Below, one piece after another: positions 36,680 through 46,326 of a stretch of DNA of 64,000 bases. Positions within the stretch are counted from its first letter, which is position 1; the number at the start of each line of letters is the position of its first letter. Made by a program: the position numbers and the translations under genes. Under the pieces are notes generated by a model, which had not been told where the DNA came from, did not search any database, and saw only the letters and a list, made by a program, of their open reading frames with translations. The DNA lies in contig CAZPGO010000011.1 of NCBI GenBank assembly GCA_964586355.1, positions 6,634 to 70,633 on the forward strand, read 5' to 3'. Source of the DNA: an uncultured archaeon. Lineage in GTDB: Archaea > Iainarchaeota > Iainarchaeia > Iainarchaeales > CSSED10-239.

Positions 36680-37711
36680 TTGTCTAATGGATCTTATTTA
36701 TCTTTTAAAAATATAACTAGTGTTAATAGATCTCCATCATCTAATGATTGCCCAGAAGGCTATATTCCAGTTCCAGGAAATTATCTTTATGACACTGTTG
36801 GTTCCAAGGGTGGTTTTTGTGTTCCAAAATATGAAATGAAATTAGATCGAAATAATGATGGTTTTGGTAATGTATCATCTGAATTTGGTTGTGAACTTTC
36901 GACCTTTAATGTCTGGAATTATAATTCTATAGATTGTAATACAGGCGATTTGGTTTCTTCAGCCAATGGTTCGCCAATTGTATTTTCTGGTTTAAATAAT
37001 GCAATTACTTCTTGTGAATCATTAGGAGAAAATCATCATTTAATGACTAATGATGAGTGGATGACACTTGTAAGAAATATAGAAATTATTCCTCAAAATT
37101 GGTATGATCCTGAAACAGATAGTTGGGGTGTTTCAGTAACAGATATTGGAAATGGAAATAAATTGCCACAAGGTCAAAAAACACTAAATCCTAATTTTTG
37201 TTTAGATGCATCTCAAGATGATGAAGACGGTTATTTTGGCATAAGCAATCCAAATAATAGTCATAGAAGAACTTTATACTTAACAAACGGAGAAGTTATT
37301 TGGGATCTATCCGGAAATATATTTGAATTTGTTGATTTGGTTATTAAAAAAAAAGATCTTCCAGATCTAGTTAATTATGATGGGACAGAATATAATAGTT
37401 CAGTTATGTTGGATGGAGATTATGCTTTAAACGGTGCTAATAAATATGCTAATTGGTTTGATTTAGGTAACACTACTTTATATTATAAAGATTTATATTT
37501 ATTGACAAATAACAATTATACTAGAGAAAATGGAAATGTTGGTTATTTATATACTCTTAGTAATAGAGCAAGTACAGATGAAACAGAAATTGTTTTTATT
37601 AGAGGGTGTCATTGGGCAGACACAACAAATTGTGGTATTTTAACCGTGCTTACAAATAGAACATATTCTGGAACTGATCCTGCTGGTGCTCGTTGTGTTT
37701 ATTACCCTTAG
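36680..37711 (+). CDS. FGE-sulfatase / C-type-lectin-fold domain protein (same frame as 36302..36616)
   Basis: CPEGYIPVPG...FCVPKYEM, HLMTNDEWMTLVRN, WDLSGNIFEFVD, IRGCHWAD and GARCVY follow the FGE/SUMF1-type pattern. Confidence 0.65.
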   Translation: MSNGSYLSFKNITSVNRSPSSNDCPEGYIPVPGNYLYDTVGSKGGFCVPKYEMKLDRNNDGFGNVSSEFGCELSTFNVWNYNSIDCNTGDLVSSANGSPIVFSGLNNAITSCESLGENHHLMTNDEWMTLVRNIEIIPQNWYDPETDSWGVSVTDIGNGNKLPQGQKTLNPNFCLDASQDDEDGYFGISNPNNSHRRTLYLTNGEVIWDLSGNIFEFVDLVIKKKDLPDLVNYDGTEYNSSVMLDGDYALNGANKYANWFDLGNTTLYYKDLYLLTNNNYTRENGNVGYLYTLSNRASTDETEIVFIRGCHWADTTNCGILTVLTNRTYSGTDPAGARCVYYP

Positions 37712-37859
37712 TTTTTAATTAATATCATAAAACTTTTATAAAAAACAACCTTTTTAATCTTTCTTATGCATATATATATTATAGCTCTTGTTATCTATAT
37801 AGTTATAAAAAATAAAACAACAAATTTTATTTAAAAATATAAAAAATAGGTGAATTAAT

Positions 37860-38576
37860 TTGATACCAATTTCTGGAAACGCAGCAGCATATGATAGATC
37901 AATAACAGTTTTTAGTCCTGAAGGACATCTTTACCAAGTAGATTATGCTTCAAAAATAATTGAAAAAGGGTCTCCTGCAGTAGCAGTCATATATAAATCA
38001 GGAATAATTATTGCTGCAGATAAAAAAATATTATCTCCATTAGTAATACCAGACTCAGTAGAAAAAGTATTTAAGATAGATCAAAAAATATGGACTGCTT
38101 GTGCTGGATTAATTGGAGATGGAAGAAGATTGGTTGATTTTGCTAGGCAAATAGCTCAAGAGAATAGAACCTATTATGATGAAGCAATAGAAGTTGAGAC
38201 CTTAGTAAAAAGAATAGCATCAATAATACAATATTTTACACAATATGGTGGAGGAAGACCATTTGGTGTTTCCTTAATAATAGCTGGTGTTGATTCCTTA
38301 GGCAAACATATATTTGAAGCAGAACCAAGTGGAGCAATTACAGCATATAAAGCACTAGCAATTGGTCAAAACAGACAAAAGTTAATGGACTTTTTAGAAA
38401 AACATTATAAAGAAACATTATCTGCTGAAGATGCAATTGAGCTTTCTTTAAAAGCCCTATCTTTAAATTTAGAAGACAAACAAAAACTAAATCCAAAGAG
38501 TATTGAAGTAATTAATATTACAGAAAATAATAGCGAACATATAATACCTTTAAACAAATACTCAAAATATTTTTAA
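37860..38576 (+). CDS. psmA: proteasome alpha subunit
   Basis: YDRSITVFSPEGHLYQVDYA signature. TTG start 6 nt after AGGTGA. Confidence 0.9.
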   Translation: MIPISGNAAAYDRSITVFSPEGHLYQVDYASKIIEKGSPAVAVIYKSGIIIAADKKILSPLVIPDSVEKVFKIDQKIWTACAGLIGDGRRLVDFARQIAQENRTYYDEAIEVETLVKRIASIIQYFTQYGGGRPFGVSLIIAGVDSLGKHIFEAEPSGAITAYKALAIGQNRQKLMDFLEKHYKETLSAEDAIELSLKALSLNLEDKQKLNPKSIEVINITENNSEHIIPLNKYSKYF

Positions 38577-38600
38577 AAATAAAAAAAGGTGAATAAAAAA

Positions 38601-39296
38601 ATGGTAAAATTAGATGATTGTGTTATAGCAAAATTATCAAAAGACTCACACCATTTTGAAATCTTTGTAGAACCTTATTTAGCATGGGATTACAAACATG
38701 GCAAAGAAATCAATTTTGATGATGTTTTTGGAATGGAAGAAATCTATTCAGATTCAGCAAAAGGAAAAACCGCAAGTCAAGAAGTACTAAAACAAGTTTT
38801 TGGTACAGAAGATTTTTTAGAAATTGCAAAAAAAATAATTCTTGATGGAGAAGTTCAATTAACTACAGTTCAAAGAAACCAAATGCTTGAAAAAAGAAAA
38901 AATGATGTAATTAATTTTATTGCAAAAAATGCAAATGATCCAAGAGAGAAAACACCAATACCTCCACAAAGAATAATAAATGTGCTAGAAGAAGCAAAAT
39001 ATAAATTTAATTTATCAAGAAGAAGAGATGACGAAATAAAAGAAGTTTTGTTAATTTTAAAAAAAATAATGCCAATCTCATTAGATAAACTAGAACTATC
39101 AATAGAAGTTCCTGCAAGTTACTCAGGAAAAATAATGCCTATATTACATAAATATGATATACTTGAAGAAAAATGGATGCCAAATGGTTCCTTATTTGCA
39201 AAAGTTGCTATCCCTGCTGGGCTTAAGAATAATTTGATTTCTGACTTTAATAATATTACAAAAGGCGAAGTAACAATAAATGTTTTAAAAGAATAA
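38601..39296 (+). CDS. SBDS-family ribosome maturation protein (Sdo1)
   Basis: FEIFVEPYLAWDYKHGKE plus the conserved superoperon position. ATG 38601 follows GGTGA. Confidence 0.8.
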   Translation: MVKLDDCVIAKLSKDSHHFEIFVEPYLAWDYKHGKEINFDDVFGMEEIYSDSAKGKTASQEVLKQVFGTEDFLEIAKKIILDGEVQLTTVQRNQMLEKRKNDVINFIAKNANDPREKTPIPPQRIINVLEEAKYKFNLSRRRDDEIKEVLLILKKIMPISLDKLELSIEVPASYSGKIMPILHKYDILEEKWMPNGSLFAKVAIPAGLKNNLISDFNNITKGEVTINVLKE

Positions 39297-39311
39297 AAAA
39301 GTGAAAATATT

Positions 39312-39935
39312 ATGAACACAACTAAAAGAATAGTAACACCAGGTGAATTAATAACAGATCAAAGAAAAAAACTTGGTGATAATATATATATAAAAGAAAA
39401 TAAAATCTATAGTAGTGTTTTGGGAATATTAAATGAAAGTGATGACTATATTTCAGTTGTTGCATTAAATGGTCCTTATCTTCCAAGAGTTGGAGATGGG
39501 GTTATTGGTATTGTTAAAAATGTAACACAAGTGGGTTATGTTATAGATATAAAAACAAACCAAGACTGTTTTTTCCCGAAATCATTACTAACAAAAGAAC
39601 TTACAAAAGGCCAAATGCTTTTTGCAAGAGTAAAGTCTACAAATGATTCTGTAGATCTAGAAAATATTAATATACTTCCAAAAGGAAATTTAATTTCTGT
39701 ATCCTCAGTAAAGATTCCAAGAATAATTGGAAAAAACGAATCTATGTTAAATGTTTTAAAAAACAACACAGAATCAAATATATTGGTTGGAAAAAATGGA
39801 TGGATATGGTATGTTTCTAAAAAGCCTGTTTTGTTAGAGAATGCAATTAATTTAATAACTACAAATTCACAGAAATCTAACCTAACAAACACAGTAGAAG
39901 AATATTTAAAAAAATCAAAGGTTGATAAAAAATGA
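39312..39935 (+). CDS. rrp4: exosome complex RNA-binding subunit Rrp4 (S1 + KH)
   Basis: VTPGELI N-terminus, S1 segment PRVGDGVIGIVKNV, KH-like NGWIWY; superoperon context. Confidence 0.85.
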   Translation: MNTTKRIVTPGELITDQRKKLGDNIYIKENKIYSSVLGILNESDDYISVVALNGPYLPRVGDGVIGIVKNVTQVGYVIDIKTNQDCFFPKSLLTKELTKGQMLFARVKSTNDSVDLENINILPKGNLISVSSVKIPRIIGKNESMLNVLKNNTESNILVGKNGWIWYVSKKPVLLENAINLITTNSQKSNLTNTVEEYLKKSKVDKK

Positions 39936-40636
39936 GTCCAAGATTAGATAATAGAAAAATAGATGAACTAAGAGATATAAAAATAGAACTAGGCGTTGCA
40001 AAAAATGCAGAAGGCTCCTGTTATTTAGAATGGGGTAAAAATATTGTTGTTGCAACAGTAAATGGTCCAAAACCAGTTATTCCAAGACATCTTTCAAATC
40101 CACAAAAAGCAGTTGTTGATTATAAATATAGAATGGCTTGCTTTTCTGTAAGTGAGAGAAAATCACCTGTTCCTGGAAAAAGAGATAAAGAAATTTCATT
40201 AGTTTCTGGAAATGCTTTAGAATCTGCAATAATGGTTGAACAATTCCCAAATACATTAATAGATGTTAATGTTTTGATTTTGTCAGCTGATGCAGGAACA
40301 AGAGTTGCAGCTTTGACTGCTGCTAGTTTAGCTGCTGCTGATGCCGGATTACCTATGAGAGGAATGGTTAGTGCTGTTGCTGCAGGAAGAGCAAATAAAG
40401 ACTTAGTCTTAGATCTTACAAAAGATGAAGAAGACACAGAAGATGCGGTTGATATGGCTTGTGCATTTTTAATGCCACAAAAAGAAATTGTTTTATTACA
40501 AATGGATGGGTTTGTAAAGAAAGACGATTGTAGTAAAATTTTAGAAAATGCTTTAGTGGGTGCAGAAAAAGTTTACGAACTGCAAAAAAAAGCATTATTA
40601 GAAAAATATCCATTAGAAGGTGAAATCCAATTATGA
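39932..40636 (+). CDS. rrp41: exosome complex exonuclease Rrp41 (RNase PH fold)
   Basis: RLDNRKIDELRDIKIELGVAKNAEGSCYLEWGKN, DAGTRVAALTAASLAAADAG. Confidence 0.9.
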   Translation: MSPRLDNRKIDELRDIKIELGVAKNAEGSCYLEWGKNIVVATVNGPKPVIPRHLSNPQKAVVDYKYRMACFSVSERKSPVPGKRDKEISLVSGNALESAIMVEQFPNTLIDVNVLILSADAGTRVAALTAASLAAADAGLPMRGMVSAVAAGRANKDLVLDLTKDEEDTEDAVDMACAFLMPQKEIVLLQMDGFVKKDDCSKILENALVGAEKVYELQKKALLEKYPLEGEIQL

Positions 40637-41430
40637 GTAACGACACATTAAGAATAATAAATGCTGAAAAAGCAAAAACATATATTGCTCAAAATAAAAG
40701 AGAAGATGGCAGAGGTTTTTTAGATCATAGACCAATTGAAGTAAAAAAAGATGTTATCAATTCTGCTGATGGATCTGCTTGGGTAAAATTAGGAAACACA
40801 GAAGTGGTTGCTGGAATTAAGTTTGGAATTTCTGCACCTTACCCAGACAGCCCAAATCAAGGATCTATGGTGTTTAATCTAGAGATCACAAATATTGCTT
40901 CTCAAGATGTAGAAACAGGACCACCTTCTCTAGAAACAATGGAGTTTGGAAGAGTTGCTGATAGAGTTATTAGATCAGCAGAATTTGTTGACTTCGAAAA
41001 ACTTTGTATAGTTCCTGGAGAAAAAGTTTTAACTATATTTGTTGATTGTTATGCAATTAATGCTGACGGTAACTTAATAGATGCTGCTGAATTTGCAGCA
41101 TTAACAGCTATACTAAACTGTAAAATGCCAAAGCTTGATGAAAATAATGATATAATGGCTAAGGAATATACGGATAAAAAGCTCCCAGTAAACGAAAAAA
41201 ACATTCCTATCTCTTTTACATTCTTTAAAGTAGATGATCAAATTGTTTTAGATGCTACAGATGGAGAAGATTATGCGGCATCAGCAAGATTTACTTTAGG
41301 TGTTTGTAACGATGTTATAGTTGCATATCACAAAGGGGGTAATGCAGGAACATTTACTGTTGAAGAAATAAATAAGATGATGGATGTTGCTACATCTAAA
41401 TACAATGAGATAAAATCAAAACTTATATAA
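40633..41430 (+). CDS. rrp42: exosome complex subunit Rrp42 (RNase PH fold)
   Basis: REDGRGFLDHRPIEVK, DGSAWVKLGNTEVVAG; follows rrp41 with a 4-nt overlap. Confidence 0.85.
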   Translation: MSNDTLRIINAEKAKTYIAQNKREDGRGFLDHRPIEVKKDVINSADGSAWVKLGNTEVVAGIKFGISAPYPDSPNQGSMVFNLEITNIASQDVETGPPSLETMEFGRVADRVIRSAEFVDFEKLCIVPGEKVLTIFVDCYAINADGNLIDAAEFAALTAILNCKMPKLDENNDIMAKEYTDKKLPVNEKNIPISFTFFKVDDQIVLDATDGEDYAASARFTLGVCNDVIVAYHKGGNAGTFTVEEINKMMDVATSKYNEIKSKLI

Positions 41431-41468
41431 ATATGGAGAAAACATTTTAGAAAGAAAAGTGATTTTTT

Positions 41469-41690
41469 ATGACTACAAAAAAAGTTAAAAAAACAGGTAA
41501 ATATGGTCCAAGAGGCGGAGTTGGTATTAGAAAAAAATTTCTTTTAGCAACAAATGATAAGTCCCAAAAAATCTGCCCAAATTGTGGTACCAAAGACAAA
41601 ATCAAAAGAGTGGCTGCAGGTATATATAAATGTACTAAATGCGATGTAAAAATAGGTGGCGGAGCTTATAAATTTAAGCAAAGTAAATAA
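41469..41690 (+). CDS. rpl37ae: ribosomal protein L37Ae (eL43)
   Basis: GKYGPRGG plus the zinc ribbon CPNCG...CTKCD; 73 aa. Confidence 0.85.
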   Translation: MTTKKVKKTGKYGPRGGVGIRKKFLLATNDKSQKICPNCGTKDKIKRVAAGIYKCTKCDVKIGGGAYKFKQSK

Positions 41691-41702
41691 ATGTGATAAA
41701 TT

Positions 41703-41831
41703 ATGTATTATTGTGCAAAATGTAAGCAAGAATATGATGAGTTTCCAGAAAGCAAAAAATGCAAAGTTTGTGCTGGAAGAATCTTTTATAAAAAAAGATT
41801 ACCTATTACAAAAAAGATAAAAGCAAATTAA
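41703..41831 (+). CDS. rpoP: DNA-directed RNA polymerase subunit P (RpoP/Rpb12-like), 42 aa
   Basis: Not in the ORF track. Hand translation gives MYYCAKCKQEYDEFPESKKCKVCAGRIFYKKRLPITKKIKAN with a CxxC...CxxC zinc ribbon, a GTGAT SD, and the expected superoperon position. Confidence 0.7.
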   Translation: MYYCAKCKQEYDEFPESKKCKVCAGRIFYKKRLPITKKIKAN

Positions 41832-41854
41832 TTGAAATCTTAATTTGAACAAAA

Positions 41855-42310
41855 ATGTTTATAACAACTTCCAGAAAAGCAAATAATTTAGAAAAAAAAG
41901 TTGCAAAATATTTTTCAATTTTTTTACCTAATCTTAAGTTGATTTCTAGAGGTAAAACTCCTCTAAAAAAACTTTTTGAAAAAAGTTGTTTTTTAGGTTT
42001 TGATTATTTTGTAAAACTTTCAAAAAACAAATCTTTTTTTGTAATGGAAATTTATAAATTAAGAAAAGATCAATATTTTTTAAATAAAAAATATGTTGTA
42101 GATTTACAAGATATAAATCACAAAATACCATTAAAAGAAATAAGCAAAATAAATTATTTAGTTTATGATCAAACAAAGAAATTTTCTTTTTTAAATCTTG
42201 AAAATTCAGAAAAAGAGTCTGATTACAAGATTTTAGAAGAAAAGGGGACAGTTGGTTTTTATTTTAATGAAAAAGATTTAGGTTTTTGTTTTAAAATCTA
42301 TGAAGAATAA
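41855..42310 (+). CDS. Brix-domain (Imp4-like) ribosome biogenesis protein
   Basis: MFITTSRKANNLEKKVAKYFS matches the archaeal Brix N-terminus (TTSRkp); superoperon position. Confidence 0.6.
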   Translation: MFITTSRKANNLEKKVAKYFSIFLPNLKLISRGKTPLKKLFEKSCFLGFDYFVKLSKNKSFFVMEIYKLRKDQYFLNKKYVVDLQDINHKIPLKEISKINYLVYDQTKKFSFLNLENSEKESDYKILEEKGTVGFYFNEKDLGFCFKIYEE

Positions 42311-42322
42311 ATTGTTTTAAAC

Positions 42323-42568
42323 ATGATTGAATATATTTTAAATTCTAATATTAGAATAAAAACAAAAGATCCAAAAAAATTAAAACAATTATTAGATTTA
42401 GAAACAAATAGACAAAAATATTTTAGATCTAACTCAGAAATAAAACTTGAAAAAGAATCTATACTAATAGAGATCTTTGCAAAGGACATAACTGCTTACA
42501 AAGCAACAGTTAATCAATATATAAATTTATTAGAATTAATAAAAAAAACTTACGAGGTGGAATTATGA
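42323..42568 (+). CDS. pcc1: probable KEOPS subunit Pcc1
   Basis: 81 aa. The position between Brix and prefoldin beta is the canonical Pcc1 slot. The AKDITAYKATVNQYINLL segment is Pcc1-like. Confidence 0.5.
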   Translation: MIEYILNSNIRIKTKDPKKLKQLLDLETNRQKYFRSNSEIKLEKESILIEIFAKDITAYKATVNQYINLLELIKKTYEVEL

Positions 42569-42912
42569 CAAAAACAGATGAAAACACATCAAATGTAAAT
42601 AAATATAGACAACAATTAATGTTTCTTTCTAATCAAAAGCAACAGATTCAGTTTCAAATAAATGTTTTAGATGGAACATTAAAAGAACTAGAAAAAACTT
42701 CTGAAAAGAAAGTTTACAAAGGTGTTGGTAATGTTTTTATTTTAAAAGATAAAGAAGAAGTAATAAAAGAAACAAAAGATCTTAAAGAAACAATGGATCT
42801 TAGATTAAAGACATTACAAAAACAAGAAGAAGAAATCTTAAAGAAAATAAACTCTTTTACAAAAGCACCAGAAGAAAAAGAAGATAAGAAATCACAAGAT
42901 GGTGTGATTTAA
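42565..42912 (+). CDS. pfdB: prefoldin beta subunit
   Basis: Coiled-coil/beta-hairpin/coiled-coil layout (VYKGVGNVFILKDKEEV hairpin); 115 aa. Confidence 0.75.
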   Translation: MTKTDENTSNVNKYRQQLMFLSNQKQQIQFQINVLDGTLKELEKTSEKKVYKGVGNVFILKDKEEVIKETKDLKETMDLRLKTLQKQEEEILKKINSFTKAPEEKEDKKSQDGVI

Positions 42913-42914
42913 AA

Positions 42915-43337
42915 CTATTTTAAATAGATTATTTTTTTACCATCTTTTATTTTTTTTCTTTTAGAATATTTTATTAAGTAATGAATTTTGCTTTTAGGAA
43001 TTTTTAACTTTTGTTCAAGATCTCTATAAGAATAATCTTTATACTCTGCTAATATTTTTTGCAATTTTTCTATTTTAATAGAAATTGGTCTTCCTTGTTC
43101 TTTTCTAATAATTAGTTTTATTTTTTTAGATTTTAATAATTGTTTTGTACTTTCCCCAAGTCTTTCTTTAGTAGACTTAGATAAAGTTATAGTTTCTAAT
43201 TTTTTACACTTTTCAAGAATTTTTAAAAATTTTTTGTGAGAGAAAGTTCTAGTGATATGTAGTTCTTGACATCTAGGATTTAATGATGGTATTTTAGAAT
43301 CCTCTGATATTATGTCTCTTACTGTTAATGTGCTCAT
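42915..43337 (-). CDS. hypothetical protein with C-terminal HTH-like segment
   Basis: 140 aa. YRDLEQKLKIPKSKIHYLIKY looks like an HTH. No family recognised. Confidence 0.3.
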   Translation of the reverse strand: MSTLTVRDIISEDSKIPSLNPRCQELHITRTFSHKKFLKILEKCKKLETITLSKSTKERLGESTKQLLKSKKIKLIIRKEQGRPISIKIEKLQKILAEYKDYSYRDLEQKLKIPKSKIHYLIKYSKRKKIKDGKKIIYLK

Positions 43338-43402
43338 AATTTTTTACCTTTTGTCCAACAATTATTACTAATAATTATATATGAATATATTTATAATAAT
43401 AC

Positions 43403-45109
43403 TTATTTTATTTTTTCAAGATCTTTACCAATCCCTTCTCTTAATTTGTTGTTTTTAAGAGCTGTAATATGGTTGATTCTTTCTTTAGCGATTTTTTCTT
43501 TATTATGTTCATCAATATTTATTAAGTTAGAGACATAATAACTACTTAAATATCTTGGCATAATGACATAATCTGCCCCATAAGTATATAATTTTAAGGC
43601 ATTATTTGTGTTGTCTGCCACAAATATCAATTTTATTTTATGATTTTTTTCTTTTATTTTTTTAATAAGCAACAAATCAGAATCTAAATCACTAATTGTA
43701 GAAATAATTATTTTTGTTTTTGATAGATCTAATTCACATAATAGTTCTAGATTGCTTACATCTCCATAAACAAAATCAATTTTATTTTTAGTTAATTGAT
43801 TTATTTTTTCAGGATTATAATCTATAACCAATAAATTTTTTTTAGCCTTTTTTAGAGAATTAACTAAATTATATCCTAATCTGTTATACCCAAATATAAG
43901 ATAATCATAAGCTTTATTTTTATATGTGATTTCATCAATCTTTTTATCCTTTCTTTCAAACACAGATAATAGTTTAGATATTTTACAAAATATTTTTTCT
44001 GAATAAATAATCATATAAGACGAACCAATAATAGTTATTAATCCAACAATAGTTACAAAAGATAATATCTCTGAACTAAGATGTCCAACACTCACACCTA
44101 AGGCAATTAAAATAAGAGAAAATTCACTTATTTGTGCAACAGTTAGTCCAGCCATAAATCCAGTTTTTTTAGTGTACCCCATCTTGCCCATAATCAACAT
44201 TATAATTATTGGGTTTCCAATCAATATAAATACGGATAAAATAATTATTGGAAAAATAAATTGAGAGATATTACCAAAAGTCATATTTAATCCTAAATGT
44301 ACAAAAAAAGAGATTAAAAAAAAATCTCTTAAAGGTCTTAGTTTGAAATTAATTTCTTGTCTATATGGTAAAAAAGATAAGAAAAAACCCGCAAGTAAAG
44401 CCCCAATCTCTATAGAGAAACCAAAAATATAAAATAAAGATGCTAGAGCAATACACCAACTAATAGAAAAAAGTAATAAAAATTCTTGAGACTTTGCAAC
44501 AAATTTTACAAATCTGGGTAAAACATAAATTGATAAAAGTGATAAAAATATAATTAAGAAAATACCTATTCCTATATTTCCTAGCACATTTAAACTAAAA
44601 CCATCTTTTAATGAAGATATTACAATAAGAATAAATATAGCAACAATATCTTGAACAACTAAAAACCCCACCGAAATTTTTCCATAAAGAGATTCTAGTG
44701 CATTTTTATCTGATAATAGTTTCATAATGATGATTGTGCTACTAAATGCGATTGCAATAGAGACATATAAAGAAACAATTAAAGAAAACCCCAGTAATAA
44801 ACAAAATAAAAATCCAATACCTGTAGTAAATACTATTTGTCCAATACCAGTAAATAAAGAAATTTTTCCTACCTCTTTTAGAACCTGTGGATCTAAATTA
44901 AGCCCCACTAAAAACAACAATAAGGCAACACCAATTTGTGCAAATATTGCTATAAAATCTCCTTTTGCAAGATTTAAAAAATAGGGACTAACAAGTATTC
45001 CGGTTAATATATATCCAATCAACAATGGTTGCTTTAATGCTCTCATAATTGCAGTAATAATTACTGCTAGAAAAACAATAATTCCAAGTTCTATAAATGC
45101 TTCAATCAT
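43403..45109 (-). CDS. cation:proton antiporter (CPA2/Kef-type) with C-terminal RCK/TrkA-N domain
   Basis: About 12 TM helices followed by a Rossmann-like segment, YLIFGYNRLGYNLV. Confidence 0.8.
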   Translation of the reverse strand: MIEAFIELGIIVFLAVIITAIMRALKQPLLIGYILTGILVSPYFLNLAKGDFIAIFAQIGVALLLFLVGLNLDPQVLKEVGKISLFTGIGQIVFTTGIGFLFCLLLGFSLIVSLYVSIAIAFSSTIIIMKLLSDKNALESLYGKISVGFLVVQDIVAIFILIVISSLKDGFSLNVLGNIGIGIFLIIFLSLLSIYVLPRFVKFVAKSQEFLLLFSISWCIALASLFYIFGFSIEIGALLAGFFLSFLPYRQEINFKLRPLRDFFLISFFVHLGLNMTFGNISQFIFPIIILSVFILIGNPIIIMLIMGKMGYTKKTGFMAGLTVAQISEFSLILIALGVSVGHLSSEILSFVTIVGLITIIGSSYMIIYSEKIFCKISKLLSVFERKDKKIDEITYKNKAYDYLIFGYNRLGYNLVNSLKKAKKNLLVIDYNPEKINQLTKNKIDFVYGDVSNLELLCELDLSKTKIIISTISDLDSDLLLIKKIKEKNHKIKLIFVADNTNNALKLYTYGADYVIMPRYLSSYYVSNLINIDEHNKEKIAKERINHITALKNNKLREGIGKDLEKIK

Positions 45110-45162
45110 TAAATCTCAATTTGTTTTTTTATAAAATTAAAGTAAAAACTCTTTATAAACAT

Positions 45163-46236
45163 TTATTTTTTAAGAATTCTTTTTTTTTCTTTTCTTTTTT
45201 TCAGATCTATAATTAATTTGTCTAGTCTATTAAAAAAGATTTTTTTATCCTTAAAATTATGTTTTTCTAAGTTTTTTTTATACGTTTTTATATTTTTAAT
45301 AAATTTATTAATTTCTGTACAAGTTATTTTTTTGTGATTTTCACCAAAACCCATTTTTTGAAGATAATAGGCATTTGTATGTTGTTCGAATTGATTTTTT
45401 ACTGGTAGAGAATAAATTGGTTTTTTAAAAAAAATAGCTTCAGATAATAATGAGTGCCCCCCATTACTAATAACTGCTTTACAGTTTGCTAATTCTTTTA
45501 TGTTATTTCCTGTTTTTTTAAATATAATGTTTCCTTCTTTTTTCTCTTGATTTAGACCATACACATGAAAAGTTTCCTTCTTTATTTTTTTTAATTCATT
45601 TATTATTTTGTTATTTTTATCTTGAAATCTATTATATACTAAAAAATAATTTTTATCTGTTGGTTTTATTTTATAAAACTCTTCTCTAAAAAAAGGATCA
45701 AATATTTCAGTTCTTGCTTTTCTTATTTTTGGTTTATAAAAACATAATGCAAGATACCAATCAGCTCTAAAGCATCTAAGCTTACCAACCATTTTTGCAA
45801 TAAAAAGATTTGTTAAATCTTTTAGTTTAAATTCTACATCAGTTCTAAAAATAGCAGCATGATTATCAATAGCAATACAAGGAATCTCATATATTTTTGC
45901 AAGAGTTATACTTGTGGTTTCAAAATCAGAAATAATAAGGTCAGGTTTTATTTTTTTAATAAGATCTTTAATAATCTTATGGTTTTTTGGTTTTTTTTTA
46001 AAAGATGCTAAAAAATCAATAACTGTTTTTAATTGTTTAACTTCATTTGCTCCATATGCTATTGATAAAGAATTAATAACACTAATGTTTTTATATTTTT
46101 TATTTAAAAAAGCCTTGGTCTCTTTTCCTGTGACAATATAAACATTGTGTCCCTTCTTTTGTAAATGGTCAATTATAGGCATAGCTCTTGTGGTATGACC
46201 TAATCCATCTGAGCAAATTCCATATATAATATTCAT
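45163..46236 (-). CDS. glycosyltransferase (GT-B, MJ1255/GT28-like)
   Basis: N-terminus MNIIYGICSDGLGHTTRAMPI, C-terminal NGGHSLLSEA and EQHTNA motifs. Confidence 0.7.
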   Translation of the reverse strand: MNIIYGICSDGLGHTTRAMPIIDHLQKKGHNVYIVTGKETKAFLNKKYKNISVINSLSIAYGANEVKQLKTVIDFLASFKKKPKNHKIIKDLIKKIKPDLIISDFETTSITLAKIYEIPCIAIDNHAAIFRTDVEFKLKDLTNLFIAKMVGKLRCFRADWYLALCFYKPKIRKARTEIFDPFFREEFYKIKPTDKNYFLVYNRFQDKNNKIINELKKIKKETFHVYGLNQEKKEGNIIFKKTGNNIKELANCKAVISNGGHSLLSEAIFFKKPIYSLPVKNQFEQHTNAYYLQKMGFGENHKKITCTEINKFIKNIKTYKKNLEKHNFKDKKIFFNRLDKLIIDLKKRKEKKRILKK

Positions 46237-46326
46237 AAAAATCGTCTTTTATATATTTAGAAAAAAACCCTTTAAAAACAAATCTTTTTTATACTAATTA
46301 CCTATATATTTATTTGGTTGATTAAA

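Noticed and set aside
36680-37711. Diversity-generating retroelement targeting the C-type-lectin/FGE-fold protein, as described for some DPANN archaea.
   Set aside because: I found no reverse transcriptase ORF and no template-repeat copy of the C-terminal coding region anywhere in the 64 kb.
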